From Rhina ancylostomus (lineage: Eukaryota): a DNA stretch of 64,000 nucleotides. The notes beneath the pieces are model-generated. The model saw nothing but the letters and a program-made list of their open reading frames with translations. It made no database searches and had not been told where the DNA came from. Location of the stretch: the NCBI GenBank assembly GCA_030265395.1, contig JARFYF010000059.1, forward strand, positions 16,309,206-16,373,205, in the 5' to 3' direction. Positions 26,873 through 37,699 of this stretch are shown piece after piece. Position 1 is the stretch's first letter. Each line of letters begins with the position of its first letter. A program made the translations under genes and the position numbers.

Positions 26873-27658
26873 CTGAAACAGTATTTTTTTTTAAATCAGA
26901 CAAACTGCAATGACCATGCCTGAATCCCTTCACCAGCAAAACAATTAAATCCCTTAATATTAAAAAAATGTCTATTAAAAAATAACCAGGAATATCAGGC
27001 TTAACCACAAATGCCCCTCAGTTAGATGCAACTCATTCTGCAGTATTTGTTCGTTATTTTTGAAATGAATAGCTTTACCTTGACAAAGTGTTTCTATTCA
27101 GTTTTGAATCTTACAGGACCCCTATCTTTCAATTTCATTGTTAAGTGACACTGAGACAGCCAATACAATAACCCTGATTTTTATTTTACACATTCAATCT
27201 CCAAGAAAAATTAACGGTGAATACTGGGAAAAACTACATCAAAAAGTTGTTTGTTCTTTTTCACTGTTTTTTTCCCTCTACTACAGAACATATTGACTCA
27301 GTGCCAAAGTGTCTTTATTAGTTCAGGTAAACATCTGTATGCATGGGTGATAAGCAAATTATTTTCAAAAGGATTCATGCCTAGCCTGATATGCTCTTAT
27401 CCAATTTTACAAAAAGAAACTTGGGAACTCAATATTCCCCCTTTCTTAATATTACATTACTACTTTCCAGGAATCCACTGCACATTAAATTACCACAATC
27501 CCACAGGATGGAAATATTTGTAACACATAAAAATGAGAAACAATTGTTCTCAAGAATGTAAATGAACTGCTACAGGTGAATCACTTCTGAGCATCTATTC
27601 CTACAATTACTCCCAACTATCACTGAGTGTCAAAGCTACAGAGACAGAATGTTCTCAC

Positions 27659-27752
27659 CTGCCAACCTCAAGTAAGAATTCCCAGTTCAAACCACCAACG
27701 TTCGAATCCCATGAGCGCAACATTCGCCCTCCTCCTGATACAGTCACTGCAT
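27659..27752 (-). CDS. EMC1: EMC1 exon 4
   Basis: [30 protein letters not shown]; 94 nt. Confidence 0.95.
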
Positions 27753-28239
27753 CTGTGGAAAAAGTAATAAATCGCTCAGAATTCACTAAACTCTCTCTCT
27801 AGAATTTAAAGAAATACTTTAATGAGTAATCATAAACCAGCAAACAAATCTGTCCGTTTTTACCTCAAAGTAGTCAAGTTCATTTTCTACTTATAATTCA
27901 GAATTTATTCCCTCTGCCACTTTTTTCCATTTCCCAGCACACCATCTTTCCCAGTCCAGAGATCAATAGTATCACACTAATGCATCTGGGACTAACCCCA
28001 CAAGACTGAAATTCAGTCCTCTGGGAACGTCAAGATTGTACTCCACTAAAATTAGATTCCATGGCGGTAATTGAATTAACAGGTGTCTGTTAACGAGGTT
28101 GTGGAAAGTTCAGTGAGTTTATAACAGGATGAAATATTAATCTCACAATTTAAGTATGGATTGCCTGCAGGTGGAACCTATGGAGCCCCTTAGGGATTTC
28201 ACAGTGCCTAGAGAAAAGAATTGGATAATGCTCACTCAC

Positions 28240-28305
28240 CCTGTCCATAAAATAACAATAGATCCACATTCCCCTCAGGACCTTCTTTATCCACCTGACG
28301 CCAAA
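28240..28305 (-). CDS. EMC1: EMC1 exon 3
   Basis: WRQVDKEGPEGNVDLLLFYGQ; 66 nt. Confidence 0.94.
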
Positions 28306-28428
28306 CTGCAAAACAACAAAAAAAAAATGCTGGAAAAGTTAACAGTTTGCAAACTAGAAGACAAGCTGACACTTTACAATCCAGTAGAAGACAATCGATT
28401 ACAGCAACATCAGCTCCACATCACTCAC

Positions 28429-28556
28429 AGATTTCCCCAGTCCTCAAGTTGAGAGAAGCGATCACATTATTCTCTGTTACAACCACAAGTTTCTTTGAGC
28501 TCTGTGTAGGTGTATCAAAATAGGCAAAGCAGGGTTTCCCAACATATTGACGTCGC
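28429..28556 (-). CDS. EMC1: EMC1 exon 2
   Basis: [42 protein letters not shown]; AG/GT. Confidence 0.95.
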
Positions 28557-29222
28557 CTTTAAGATTTAAAACAGAAACAGGACAGCGATTGAGTGGAGAC
28601 CAAATACCGTTCAGGTCCTTTAGAAAATAATAGAAGCATTGACAACATTAAGACAATGTGCCATTAACCCCACTATGCCTATATCAGTTCTTTGTAAGAC
28701 CAATTTATTTACTACCATTTCCTTACATTTTTTAAACAAAAAAATCTAACTCTTTTTCAAAAATTCCCATTGAATTTTATTCCACCACCCTTGCAGGCTG
28801 TGCATTCCAGATCATCATAACACACCGTGTATGAGAAAAACCCTAATGTACAGCCTCCTGTCACTGGAAACGTTTGTTCTGCGCCTAGTTTCTGGATCTC
28901 TCTGTTCCAAAAGAACCTTTAAAATTGTACCACGAGTTCAGACCACCACACATCCGACTTTCTGAAAACGTTTCGAGTCTTTCTAGTGGCACTCAATCGA
29001 AGTCAAGTTAGTGGGATTTCCAGTGGATGGCTGACAGGCACCAGAGCGGCGGCAGCTGCCCTACCCCCGTTGCACTGTTCTGGGACAGCGGCAGCCGAGA
29101 GGAGAAAGCGCCAGCCCGACCTCCCAGCTTTCCACAGCCCAATCTTCCAAGTCCTGCCCTGACCCACCTTCCTCACAACGCCGCCGGCCCCGGAGCGACG
29201 GCCTCTCCTGTCAGTAACTCAC

Positions 29223-29311
29223 CAGTCGAACTTCCCGACCTGATCTTCATAAATCGCCGCTGAAAACTCAAAGAGAGCGAAAAGGCACCAAACCCCACAG
29301 AGAACCACCAT
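29223..29311 (-). CDS. EMC1: EMC1 coding exon 1
   Basis: MVVLCGVWCLFALFEFSAAIYEDQVGKFDW; donor gtgagt. Confidence 0.93.
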
Positions 29312-29321
29312 CACGGCTCGG

Positions 29322-29474
29322 TCCTCCAATATCCCAGAGCGCACAGGCATCGGGACCTCCAGTATCCCAGCGCGCCCGCATACTCCAGACCTCCAGTATC
29401 CCAGAACACACGGAGATTTGAGTCCTCCGGTATCCCAGAAGGTGCGAGGATTCGAGACCTCCAGTATCCCAGAG
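29322..29474. repeat. Five-unit 33-34 bp tandem array with conserved core CCTCCAGTATCCCAG
   Basis: Cores start near 29323, 29356, 29390, 29424 and 29458; intervening sequence is variable. Confidence 0.9.
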
Positions 29475-29814
29475 AGCAAAGGGCGTCCGGCTGGGATCCA
29501 ACGTGCGCTGAGCCGATAACGTCTTATTATTATTAGAAATAACCTGTTGACGTACTTAGATTAACTAGTAAAGTTGACGCCTGACTTTTAACAATTTTAG
29601 TGCTGGCGTCGTAAATATCCGGGCGGATCGAAGGCGGCGCGGTGAGGGGTGCGGAGCCAGCGGCGGCCCCGCCGATCGGTGAACCGGAGCCGGTGACAGC
29701 ACAGCCGGAGCAACCCCCAGCTCCAGTCCGGGGCAGCAGCAGACCCCTCCCCCCAGGGCAGCGAGAACCCCGGTCCGTGCCCCCGGCCGCTGAGGCAGGA
29801 GCGGCGCCGTCACC

Positions 29815-29842
29815 ATGCCGCGGTCCCGGCGCGACAAGCGGG
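29815..29842 (+). CDS. MRTO4: MRTO4 exon 1
   Basis: caccATG; MPRSRRDKR; donor gtaaga. Confidence 0.92.
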
Positions 29843-29956
29843 GTAAGAACGCGGCTGGACCTACAAAACCCCGAAGGTTCAACGCAACGAAACCCGGGGG
29901 CTAAGGGCTCGAGTTCTGTCCAATCCGTCCATTAACTCGGACTATTTTTCTTCCAG

Positions 29957-30015
29957 TTTCTTTGACTAAAACAACGAAGAAAGGATTACAGATCAAACAA
30001 AACTTGGTCGAAGAG
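29957..30015 (+). CDS. MRTO4: MRTO4 exon 2
   Basis: SLTKTTKKGLQIKQNLVEE; 59 nt. Confidence 0.94.
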
Positions 30016-30529
30016 GTGAGTCTAAAGTGAATAGGCACCAATCCAAGCGATCGCTGGGCCCTCTCCTGTTGCATCAACACAAAAGGCGCAGGAGGAACTC
30101 AACGGATCAGGCATCATCTATGGAGAAAAATGGACAGTCGACGTTTCGGGTCGAGACCTTTCATCTGCACTTTGGCGTTGCTCGAGATTCCAGCGTCTGC
30201 AGTCTCTTGTGTCTGCCTTTTCTGTTTCCATTCTCTCGCTCACAGACCAGCTTTCTCTGCATCCATCCTGTGGAAATTACTTACCTCCTGCTCTTCTCTC
30301 TTATCACTCGTTACAGAAATATATTTCACCAATATATTTTGTTGCCAGTTGAACAAATCATTATTTCTATCTCATTTGTAATGCACTTGAATCCAACAAA
30401 ATCCTTGTGCTCTCACCCACTAGTTTGGATATTAAGGTCACACTAGATTATCACAAACACAAAGGTAATCTTATAGATTTTAGGTTCTGATTAACATATT
30501 TCATCGTTCTGTAGACTTTGTAATTGTTC

Positions 30530-31890
30530 CTGTGGATTGGAGGTTAGCAAAAGTGACCCCATTGGAAAGGAGCAAGAGAGAATAGGGAACTACTGATCTC
30601 TTACCCTAATGCCTGTGGTAGGAAAATGCTAGAATCTGTCTTGAAGGATGTAATAAAAGAAGACCTTGAATTGGCTTTATGAAGGGGCGGCACAGTGGTG
30701 TGGTGGTTAGCGTAACACTATTACAGTGCCANNNNNNNNNNAGCAACCTGGGTTAAATTCCCACCACTGTCTGTAAGGAGTTTGTACGTTCTCCCCGTGT
30801 CTGCATGGGTTTCTTCTGGGTGCTCCGGTTTCCTACCACATTCCAAAGCCATACAGGTTAGGAAGTTGTGGGCATGCAATGTTGGCGCCAGGACCATGGC
30901 GACACTTGTGGACTGCCCCCAGAACACCCTACACAAAAGATGCATTTCACTGTGTGTGACTAATAAAGATAACTTCTTATAATCAAGTTTGATTAATTAA
31001 TTTGAGTTTTTTGAGGGTGTGAATGTGGACATGGATTGACAGATTGAGAAGTGATTATTGGACAGAGAGCAGAGTGGGAATAAACAAATCTTCAGGTTGG
31101 CAGGTTATTACTAATGGGGTACCATAGGGACCAATCTGTATCAACATTTTGACTGGGGTTTGCTGCCAATTCTAAACTAGGCGGGAATGTGTGGATGTAA
31201 TGTGGCTGCAATGGAATATGGACGAGTGGAGGAACTGGGTGAGAATGTGGCAGATGGATTATAATGTGGAAAACTGAGGTCATCCACTTTGAATGTGCAT
31301 GTGCACAACTTGCGGGAGGCCAACATGATGGTATGGCAAGCAATTACATTGGCAAATGGTATGTTGGCCTTTATAAGAGGGTTTGATTACAGGAGTGAGG
31401 AAGTGTTATTGCAATTGTATGGGGCCTTGACAAGACCACATCTAGAGAGTTATGTGCAGCTTTAGTTTCCTCCACTTGCAATAAACTGGTTCTGGCATGG
31501 TGAGTTTGTCATTTGAGCAGTGACTGAATAGACAGGGGTTGTATTCTTTAGAGATTAGAATAATGAGACATAAAACTTATAAAATTCTTAAAGGCCTTGA
31601 CAGATAGATGTAGGGAGGATATTTCTCCCTGAATGGAGTTTGGGACCAGTGGCTGTTTAGCACTGAGATGAGGAACTTCTTTATTGAGAAGGTGATGAAT
31701 CTTCAGAATTCTCTACCCCAAACAATTTTGGAAGCTTGGTCATTATGTTCATCCAAGGCAAAGGCTGATGGATTTCATGGCATTAGGCTAATCAAGGAAT
31801 ATAGGGATAAGTGCTGATAAATGGTGCTGGGGTAGCAGGCAGAACAGGCTCTAAGGGCCATATTGGCTTACACCAGCTTCTATTTTTTAT
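30530..31890 (+). mobile_element. Decayed CR1 LINE (RT region to 3' end) in MRTO4 intron 2, interrupted by a SINE
   Basis: GFMKG..SCL.NL.EFFE-type RT sequence; gaggtcatccacttt; aattctctacccc; CR1 3' tail. Confidence 0.75.
30684..30980 (+). mobile_element. HE1-like tRNA-derived V-SINE
   Basis: ggggcggcacagtgg head; B-box-like gggttaaattccc; V-domain ggagtttgtacgttctccccgtgtctgcatgggttt...gggtgctccggtttcct. Confidence 0.88.
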
Positions 31891-32813
31891 GTAGTGCTTT
31901 TTCTCCACTATTAACAGCTGTCTTAAATCCTTTTTCTATCCCAGCTGTCATCAAGTCCTTTTCATCCATTAGATCCTGATAAGGACAGTTCTCAGGTTTT
32001 TGATTTTCATGCTGCTATTCTAATCCCTTCATGTCCTCTCTGCTCCTTGCCTTTGACTATTTCAGTTATTTGGACCCTACTATCTGGAACTTTTTCCCCT
32101 AACCTCTCAACACTTTTAAGGTGTCCCTCNNNNAGCTTATCCTTATCCAGGCTTTGGGTGAACAGGCAGAATATCTTGCCTTATAACTGCGTTAAGTTTT
32201 GTTTGCTATGCCTATGAAGTATTTTTGGACAGCTTTATTCATTAAAAGCACAATATAGGTGTTTCTAGCTATATGAAGGAATTACATTGCAAAAACTATT
32301 TTAAGGGAAAATTCGTACTTTGAAACTAATGGGAAATGCCTTTTCTATGTAAAAAAAATGGTTGTTCCAGAGTGCAAAAAACTTGGTTTAATAAAAATGC
32401 ATGAATACAATGATCTCAAATAAAATATTGGAACCTGAACGGTTAATCTTAAAATAAACTAACAAATATGTAGATAATGTACCCTTTCAAAGTATTCCCA
32501 AAGGAAACATACAAGATGGTTCCTTCTCCCTCCCCCAGCACTGAACCTCATGTCCACTCCTCCTCCGCCAACTCCATCTCTGTATGTTACTTGCAATATT
32601 TATTATACTCAAAAGCCTCTTCAATTGAACACTCTACCGTAAAAGTCAATTGCATCTAGGCAAAAATTCAGAAGTAAAACATTCATAAATGTAAGTTGCT
32701 TTTGCTCAGGTTTAATTATTCCTGAAGCATTTAATACAAAGTCTTAAAAGCAGCCAGCAAAAACAGTTTGTTTTCTTTTGACTGATGTATGTTGTCAATT
32801 TTCTTCTTTTAAG

Positions 32814-32917
32814 TTGCGAAAATGTGTGGACACCTACACAAATCTCTTTGTCTTTTCCGTCAAGAACATGAGAAATAACAAACTGAAGGATATGCGGTGT
32901 GCCTGGAAACACAGCCG
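32814..32917 (+). CDS. MRTO4: MRTO4 exon 3
   Basis: [34 protein letters not shown]; 104 nt. Confidence 0.95.
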
Positions 32918-34231
32918 GTGAGTCACTTGAGATTTTTGTTCCTTAAATTACTGGATGATTAACTTTTTTCTCCAAATGCCTTAACATGGGAACCAGACCA
33001 CCGCAGATTGTTTTATTCATCATGTAGAAGACGAACTAGGGTAAACCATTCGACCCCCTTGAGCATATTCTGCCATTCAGTTAAATCGGAGCTGATCCCT
33101 GCCCATCTTATTCATAACTCCTTATTGAATTATTCTAATCTGTACCAGAACAGCTCTTATCCAAGTCCTAAAAACATCCTTTGTGATTGCACCGCAAACT
33201 TGATATCTGCATCATCCTCCTCCCAATCTCTATAAAGTGCCAAATTTTGGGGACCAGATTTGTCTTTTTTATCCAATTGTAACCAGAGATTCATCATAAT
33301 GACTTTGTTTCCTGTGCATGCTTTTTTTTGTTTTGTGCCTTCCCAGGATCTATCTTTAACTCCCACCCCCATTTCTTTTCTACATTAGCAATATCATCAA
33401 ACACATGGTGTCATTTTCTGTTTTGGTACAGAATGATTCAAATAAGGACTTCTGGATAGGATGGGCACAGATCAGCTCTGATGGTGTGCTACCTCACCAC
33501 CATCTCCCTTGGCCCTTCCAATGTTTTACATTTCTGGTGTGGCATCCAGTACTTAATGAGGCAAATAACCTTCTTCCATGTTGAATTCTGTGATTCAAAG
33601 TCATTTCTTCAAGCCCATTTTAAATCGGACTTCAGTTGTTTATGCTGAGACTCCTTGTGTGGCTGAAATATTATTTATTCAGTGTTAACACTCCTCTGGA
33701 ATGTTTTGCTATATTAAACCTCTCTAAATATGTCATGGGCTTAATTCTATTTATTTAATTTGGTCTATAAACTGGTAGATTGTCAATCTGTTTTCAAAAT
33801 CTCTGTTGCCCTTGAATTCCTGGTTTCTTGCTGTGCGAGAAATGTTCTGATCTGATTAATTCAGACCTCACATGACTTCCTGCTCCCCCATAATTAATTC
33901 TATTTACCCATTTTGTCCAGCCATTTACTCTATTAGTGTTTGTAACTTTCTCTTTCCATCTCTATTTTAAGCCACTGAACTCATTGTCACCAAATTTGCA
34001 TGCATGGCTTCCTATTTCTTATTGTTATGTGGAAAAGTCAAGTGTCAGGTATAGTCAGTCCTCCTCAGGGACACCCTTTGTCACAACCTGCCAATTAGAC
34101 CTCCTGTCCCCCAAGTCCTTGTCAATTTTCTAACTATGCTAATGTGATTTATAATTCTTTGAATTTTCATTTATGCTAACAAGTCCTTATGTAAAAGATA
34201 TGTCAAGCTATTTTATATTGTATTTGTGTAG

Positions 34232-34313
34232 GTTCTTCTTTGGTAAAAATAAAGTGATGATGCTGGCCCTGGGAAAAGGACCAGCAGACTAGTACAAGGA
34301 TGGTTTGAACAAG
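34232..34313 (+). CDS. MRTO4: MRTO4 exon 4 (in-frame TAG at 34290-34292)
   Basis: FFFGKNKVMMLALGKGPAD*YKDGLNK; 82 nt. Confidence 0.9.
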
Positions 34314-34645
34314 GTGAGCTCTGGACGTCTGGCTGTGTACTGAGTTGTTGAATGTACATTTCAGTGTATATTTTGGCAGTGCAAAGAGCAAGGCTTTTGG
34401 GTTGAGTTTTTATTTTCCAGTTAATACCTGGAAAACTTCTTTTGTTTCTCCATGACCTTTTTGAATGTTTGGAGTATCAGCAATATATTGCATTGTCCTA
34501 AAAATTATCTTGCCGTTTTAGATCAGCAAACATATGCAAGGTGNNNNNNNNNNNNNNNNNNNNNNNNNNNNNNNNNNNNNNNNNNNNNNNNNNNNNNNNN
34601 NNNNNNNNNNNNNNNNNNNNNNNNNNNNNNNNNNNNNNNNNNNAG

Positions 34646-34713
34646 ATCAGCAAACATCTGCAAGGTGAAGTTGGTCTTCTATTCACTAACCGCACAAAGG
34701 CAGAAGTGATTGA
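34646..34713 (+). CDS. MRTO4: MRTO4 exon 5 (its start is duplicated at 34522-34543 before a false gap)
   Basis: ISKHLQGEVGLLFTNRTKAEVI; 68 nt. Confidence 0.9.
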
Positions 34714-34823
34714 GTGAGTTTCTCAATTTTTCTTGCTATCTTTGACCAACAATCTACTCCTATTCTTTTAACATGCTTCTGATGAGTTGTCCAACATATC
34801 TGTCTCCACATCTTGATCGACAG

Positions 34824-34975
34824 GTGGTTCAATCAGTACACAGAGTCTGATTTTGCACGGTCCGGGAACAAAGCTACAATGGCTGTTACACTTGATGCTG
34901 GGCCTTTGCCACAGTTCACACACTCCATGGAGCCACAACTGCGGCAACTTGGGTTACCAACCACACTGAAGAAAG
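34824..34975 (+). CDS. MRTO4: MRTO4 exon 6
   Basis: [18 protein letters not shown]...[20 protein letters not shown]; 152 nt. Confidence 0.96.
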
Positions 34976-35107
34976 GTACAGTAATGGTCAACACAACTTT
35001 TGCATGAGAGGTGGTAAGAGCAGCAGATGGATTGATCTTTGCCACACGGGAATACTTGGAAAAAAATGTTCTAACAGTGATTAGAATTCACATGATCTGT
35101 CTTCTAG

Positions 35108-35184
35108 GTGTTGTGACGCTGTTGAGTGATTATGACGTATGTAAAGAAGGTGCCCCTCTGACACCTGAACAGGCACGCCTCCTG
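35108..35184 (+). CDS. MRTO4: MRTO4 exon 7
   Basis: [25 protein letters not shown]; 77 nt. Confidence 0.95.
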
Positions 35185-35533
35185 GTTAGTATTTTGTTTC
35201 AAAGCGTGACTTTAATTTTTGGAATTTCCTTGGCGGGGTGGGTGTCAAAAAGAATGAATGTGTGAACCTGAGGGGTACTTAATTTGTTTTTTAGTTCAAA
35301 TGAGGGCAGAGTCTTCGGCAACTGTTGCTCAACACTCGTTCAGCTACAGCATTCACCAAAAGAACATCAACACTACCTCCACCGTACACTGAGACAAATG
35401 TACCAATAAGTGGAGAAACTTGTCACCAAGTACAGGGCATTTCCAAGTATAGAGCAGTCAAATAAGATCCTGAATAAACATTGTGTGAACAATTTCCCAA
35501 GATGTTTGCACTGACCATTTGGTTGCTTTCCAG

Positions 35534-35668
35534 AAACTACTTGGGATTGAGATGGCCACATTCAAAGTGACAATGAACTGTCTGTGGAACTCTGAAACTG
35601 GTGAATTTGAACAACTGGGAGCAACTGATGATGGAAAAAGCAAAGATGTGGCAGCAATGGATGAGTAG
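35534..35668 (+). CDS. MRTO4: MRTO4 exon 8 (last coding exon)
   Basis: KLLGIEMATFKVTMNCLWNSETGEFEQLGATDDGKSKDVAAMDE*. Confidence 0.94.
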   Translation, partial: KLLGIEMATFKVTMNCLWNSETGEFEQLGATDDGKSKDVAAMDE

Positions 35669-35784
35669 CAAGGAGTTCAAGGACTTTCTCCAATGTTTGA
35701 CATTCAAGTTAAACTGACTGAACAACGCTATGAATGAGAGATTAATTGTTACATTTGTGGAAACCAACTTCAGTGCACCTTTTT

Positions 35785-35790
35785 ATTAAA
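35785..35790 (+). terminator. Candidate MRTO4 polyadenylation signal (ATTAAA)
   Basis: About 120 nt after the stop codon, followed by GT/T-rich sequence. Confidence 0.45.
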
Positions 35791-37424
35791 AGTGTGAAAA
35801 CATAGTGGACTTTTGGTCGAGTCTCACCAAGTGAATTGACTTTTGAACTGGCCTCTGGGGAATTTAACATTAACAAAACATGTTGATGATTAAAGAAAAA
35901 CCCTTTAAAGCAGTTGAGGACTTTGTATTCAATGGTTTCAAAATGTAGTCACAGTTGTAAATGGCAGCTAATGTGGACAATAAGATACCAATTTCAGAAA
36001 GCAAATTGCAGAGACTTGTCCTTAAGTAATATCAGTCAGAACCCCCAGATACTTTAATGTCCATTTATAACAGTGGACCAGATAGCTCCTTCAACAGTAT
36101 AGTGCTTCATGTACAACAACAGTGCTGTTTTGCTGCAAAAAGGCTAGTCGTGATTTAAACCCTCAACTGCCTGAAATGAGTAAAGATTTATGGTGATACT
36201 GTTAGGAAAGTAGTAGTATAATGTGGCTGAACTATAAATCTGAACAATCTATACCTGTAAAATAGGACACCAATACATCTGCACATTGATCCTGTTTGGT
36301 CAAATCATCCTAATGGAAATGAAAATCTTAAGCAGTAATATTAAAGGCACAAAGTGAATTAAGTTTGGTTTTATTCAATGCAAATATTTTGTGTTGCTAA
36401 CAATTTTGATTCTACATGTATTAAGTTTTTCAGTTCAGTGGCACCCCAGCCACTATATTCAATAATTAGTCATTTCACTAGTGTTAGCCGGAGTCCTAGG
36501 CTGGGCCTCTACATGATTTGTAATTACAGACCTCAGCCAGCTAGTCCTGTCATTTTTCAAAGCAGCTCGGCAACATCCAAAAGGTTTGCTGGATGTCAAG
36601 ACACCTGAACATCAATTCATCCTTATCCACATACCATACATTCAGCTCCTGGAAGTAATTCCCAATACCGAATTATAAGTGTGACATTTTTTGTTCCCTA
36701 ATTGAATTAGTGGCCAGATCATCTGACATGCCACAACTCAAGCTCAGCAAGGTGACCTGTTGCAGATTCCACATTCATGAGTAGGAAGGGAATGTCACCA
36801 GACCCACCTCTGCCTGCATTAATGATGTGATTTCTTTTGGCAGTGGTTCCCAGCTGTCTCCAAATCTGGGGCAAGGGGGTGGTCTCATGCTCATACTCAA
36901 ACCAAAAACTCATTTCAGCTGACAGCATGGAAATGATGTTTCTCAAAACAGAAATATGTCAAAATTTAAAATATTGAGGCCAGTGCCTTCATGTAAATTA
37001 CTTGCCCAGAAGTTTGGCAAACAAAACTATGAGTATATAATGGGCACAAAATTCACTCCCCAGTTCCGGGGGGGGCGCCCCCCCCCCCCCCCCCCNNNNN
37101 NNNNNACACCCTGTCAGAGCCAGAGACTCCATTCTCCCCAAGTCAGAGGCCACCTGTCACTCAGCAGTCCAGTGTGCTGAAAAAGCTTGGCTGTGCTGGA
37201 TTAGTGATCAACAGGGCCATCTGGCAATGCAAAGTCAGGGAAATTCTAGCTCCCAGCACTAAGGGACTTCACTAGTGAGTGGAAGGTGGTTGGTTCAATA
37301 ATTGTCAGGCTACTTCACTGATCTGGCCACCTTCCAAATGAAAACATAGGTGAGTAATTCCATAACTGTTAGCCTGCAGGTCCAATCCAAAGTTTAGTAC
37401 AAAAGTTACTGAAGAAGTCTGATT

Positions 37425-37607
<183 letters not shown>

Positions 37608-37699
37608 TTAATAAGTGAACAATCATTTATGGAGAAAAGCAGTGAATAAGCTAGGCCAAACAATAGATAATGCACAATCATAAACCTAAAAATTAGATT

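Larger units (their letters stand above)
29040..29940. promoter_or_regulatory. CpG island / bidirectional promoter shared by EMC1 and MRTO4
   Basis: GC- and CpG-rich; divergent ATGs at 29311 (-) and 29815 (+), about 500 bp apart. Confidence 0.85.
29815..35668 (+). other. MRTO4: MRTO4 gene, coding span (mRNA turnover 4 homolog, 60S ribosome maturation factor), 8 exons; carries an in-frame TAG in exon 4 in this assembly
   Basis: Exons of 28+59+104+82+68+152+77+135 nt; [42 protein letters not shown] and [16 protein letters not shown] motifs. Confidence 0.95.

Noticed and set aside
29322-29474. CRISPR array interpretation of the promoter repeat
   Set aside because: Vertebrate CpG-island context, no cas genes, core only about 15 bp, and the spacers retain mutual similarity.
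33425-33490. Possible C/D snoRNA in MRTO4 intron 3 (ATGATT...CTGA)
   Set aside because: Imperfect C box, only about 50 nt, no convincing terminal stem.
29815-35668. Calling MRTO4 a pseudogene
   Set aside because: Only one lesion; the promoter, all splice sites and downstream conservation are intact, and an artefact is plausible.
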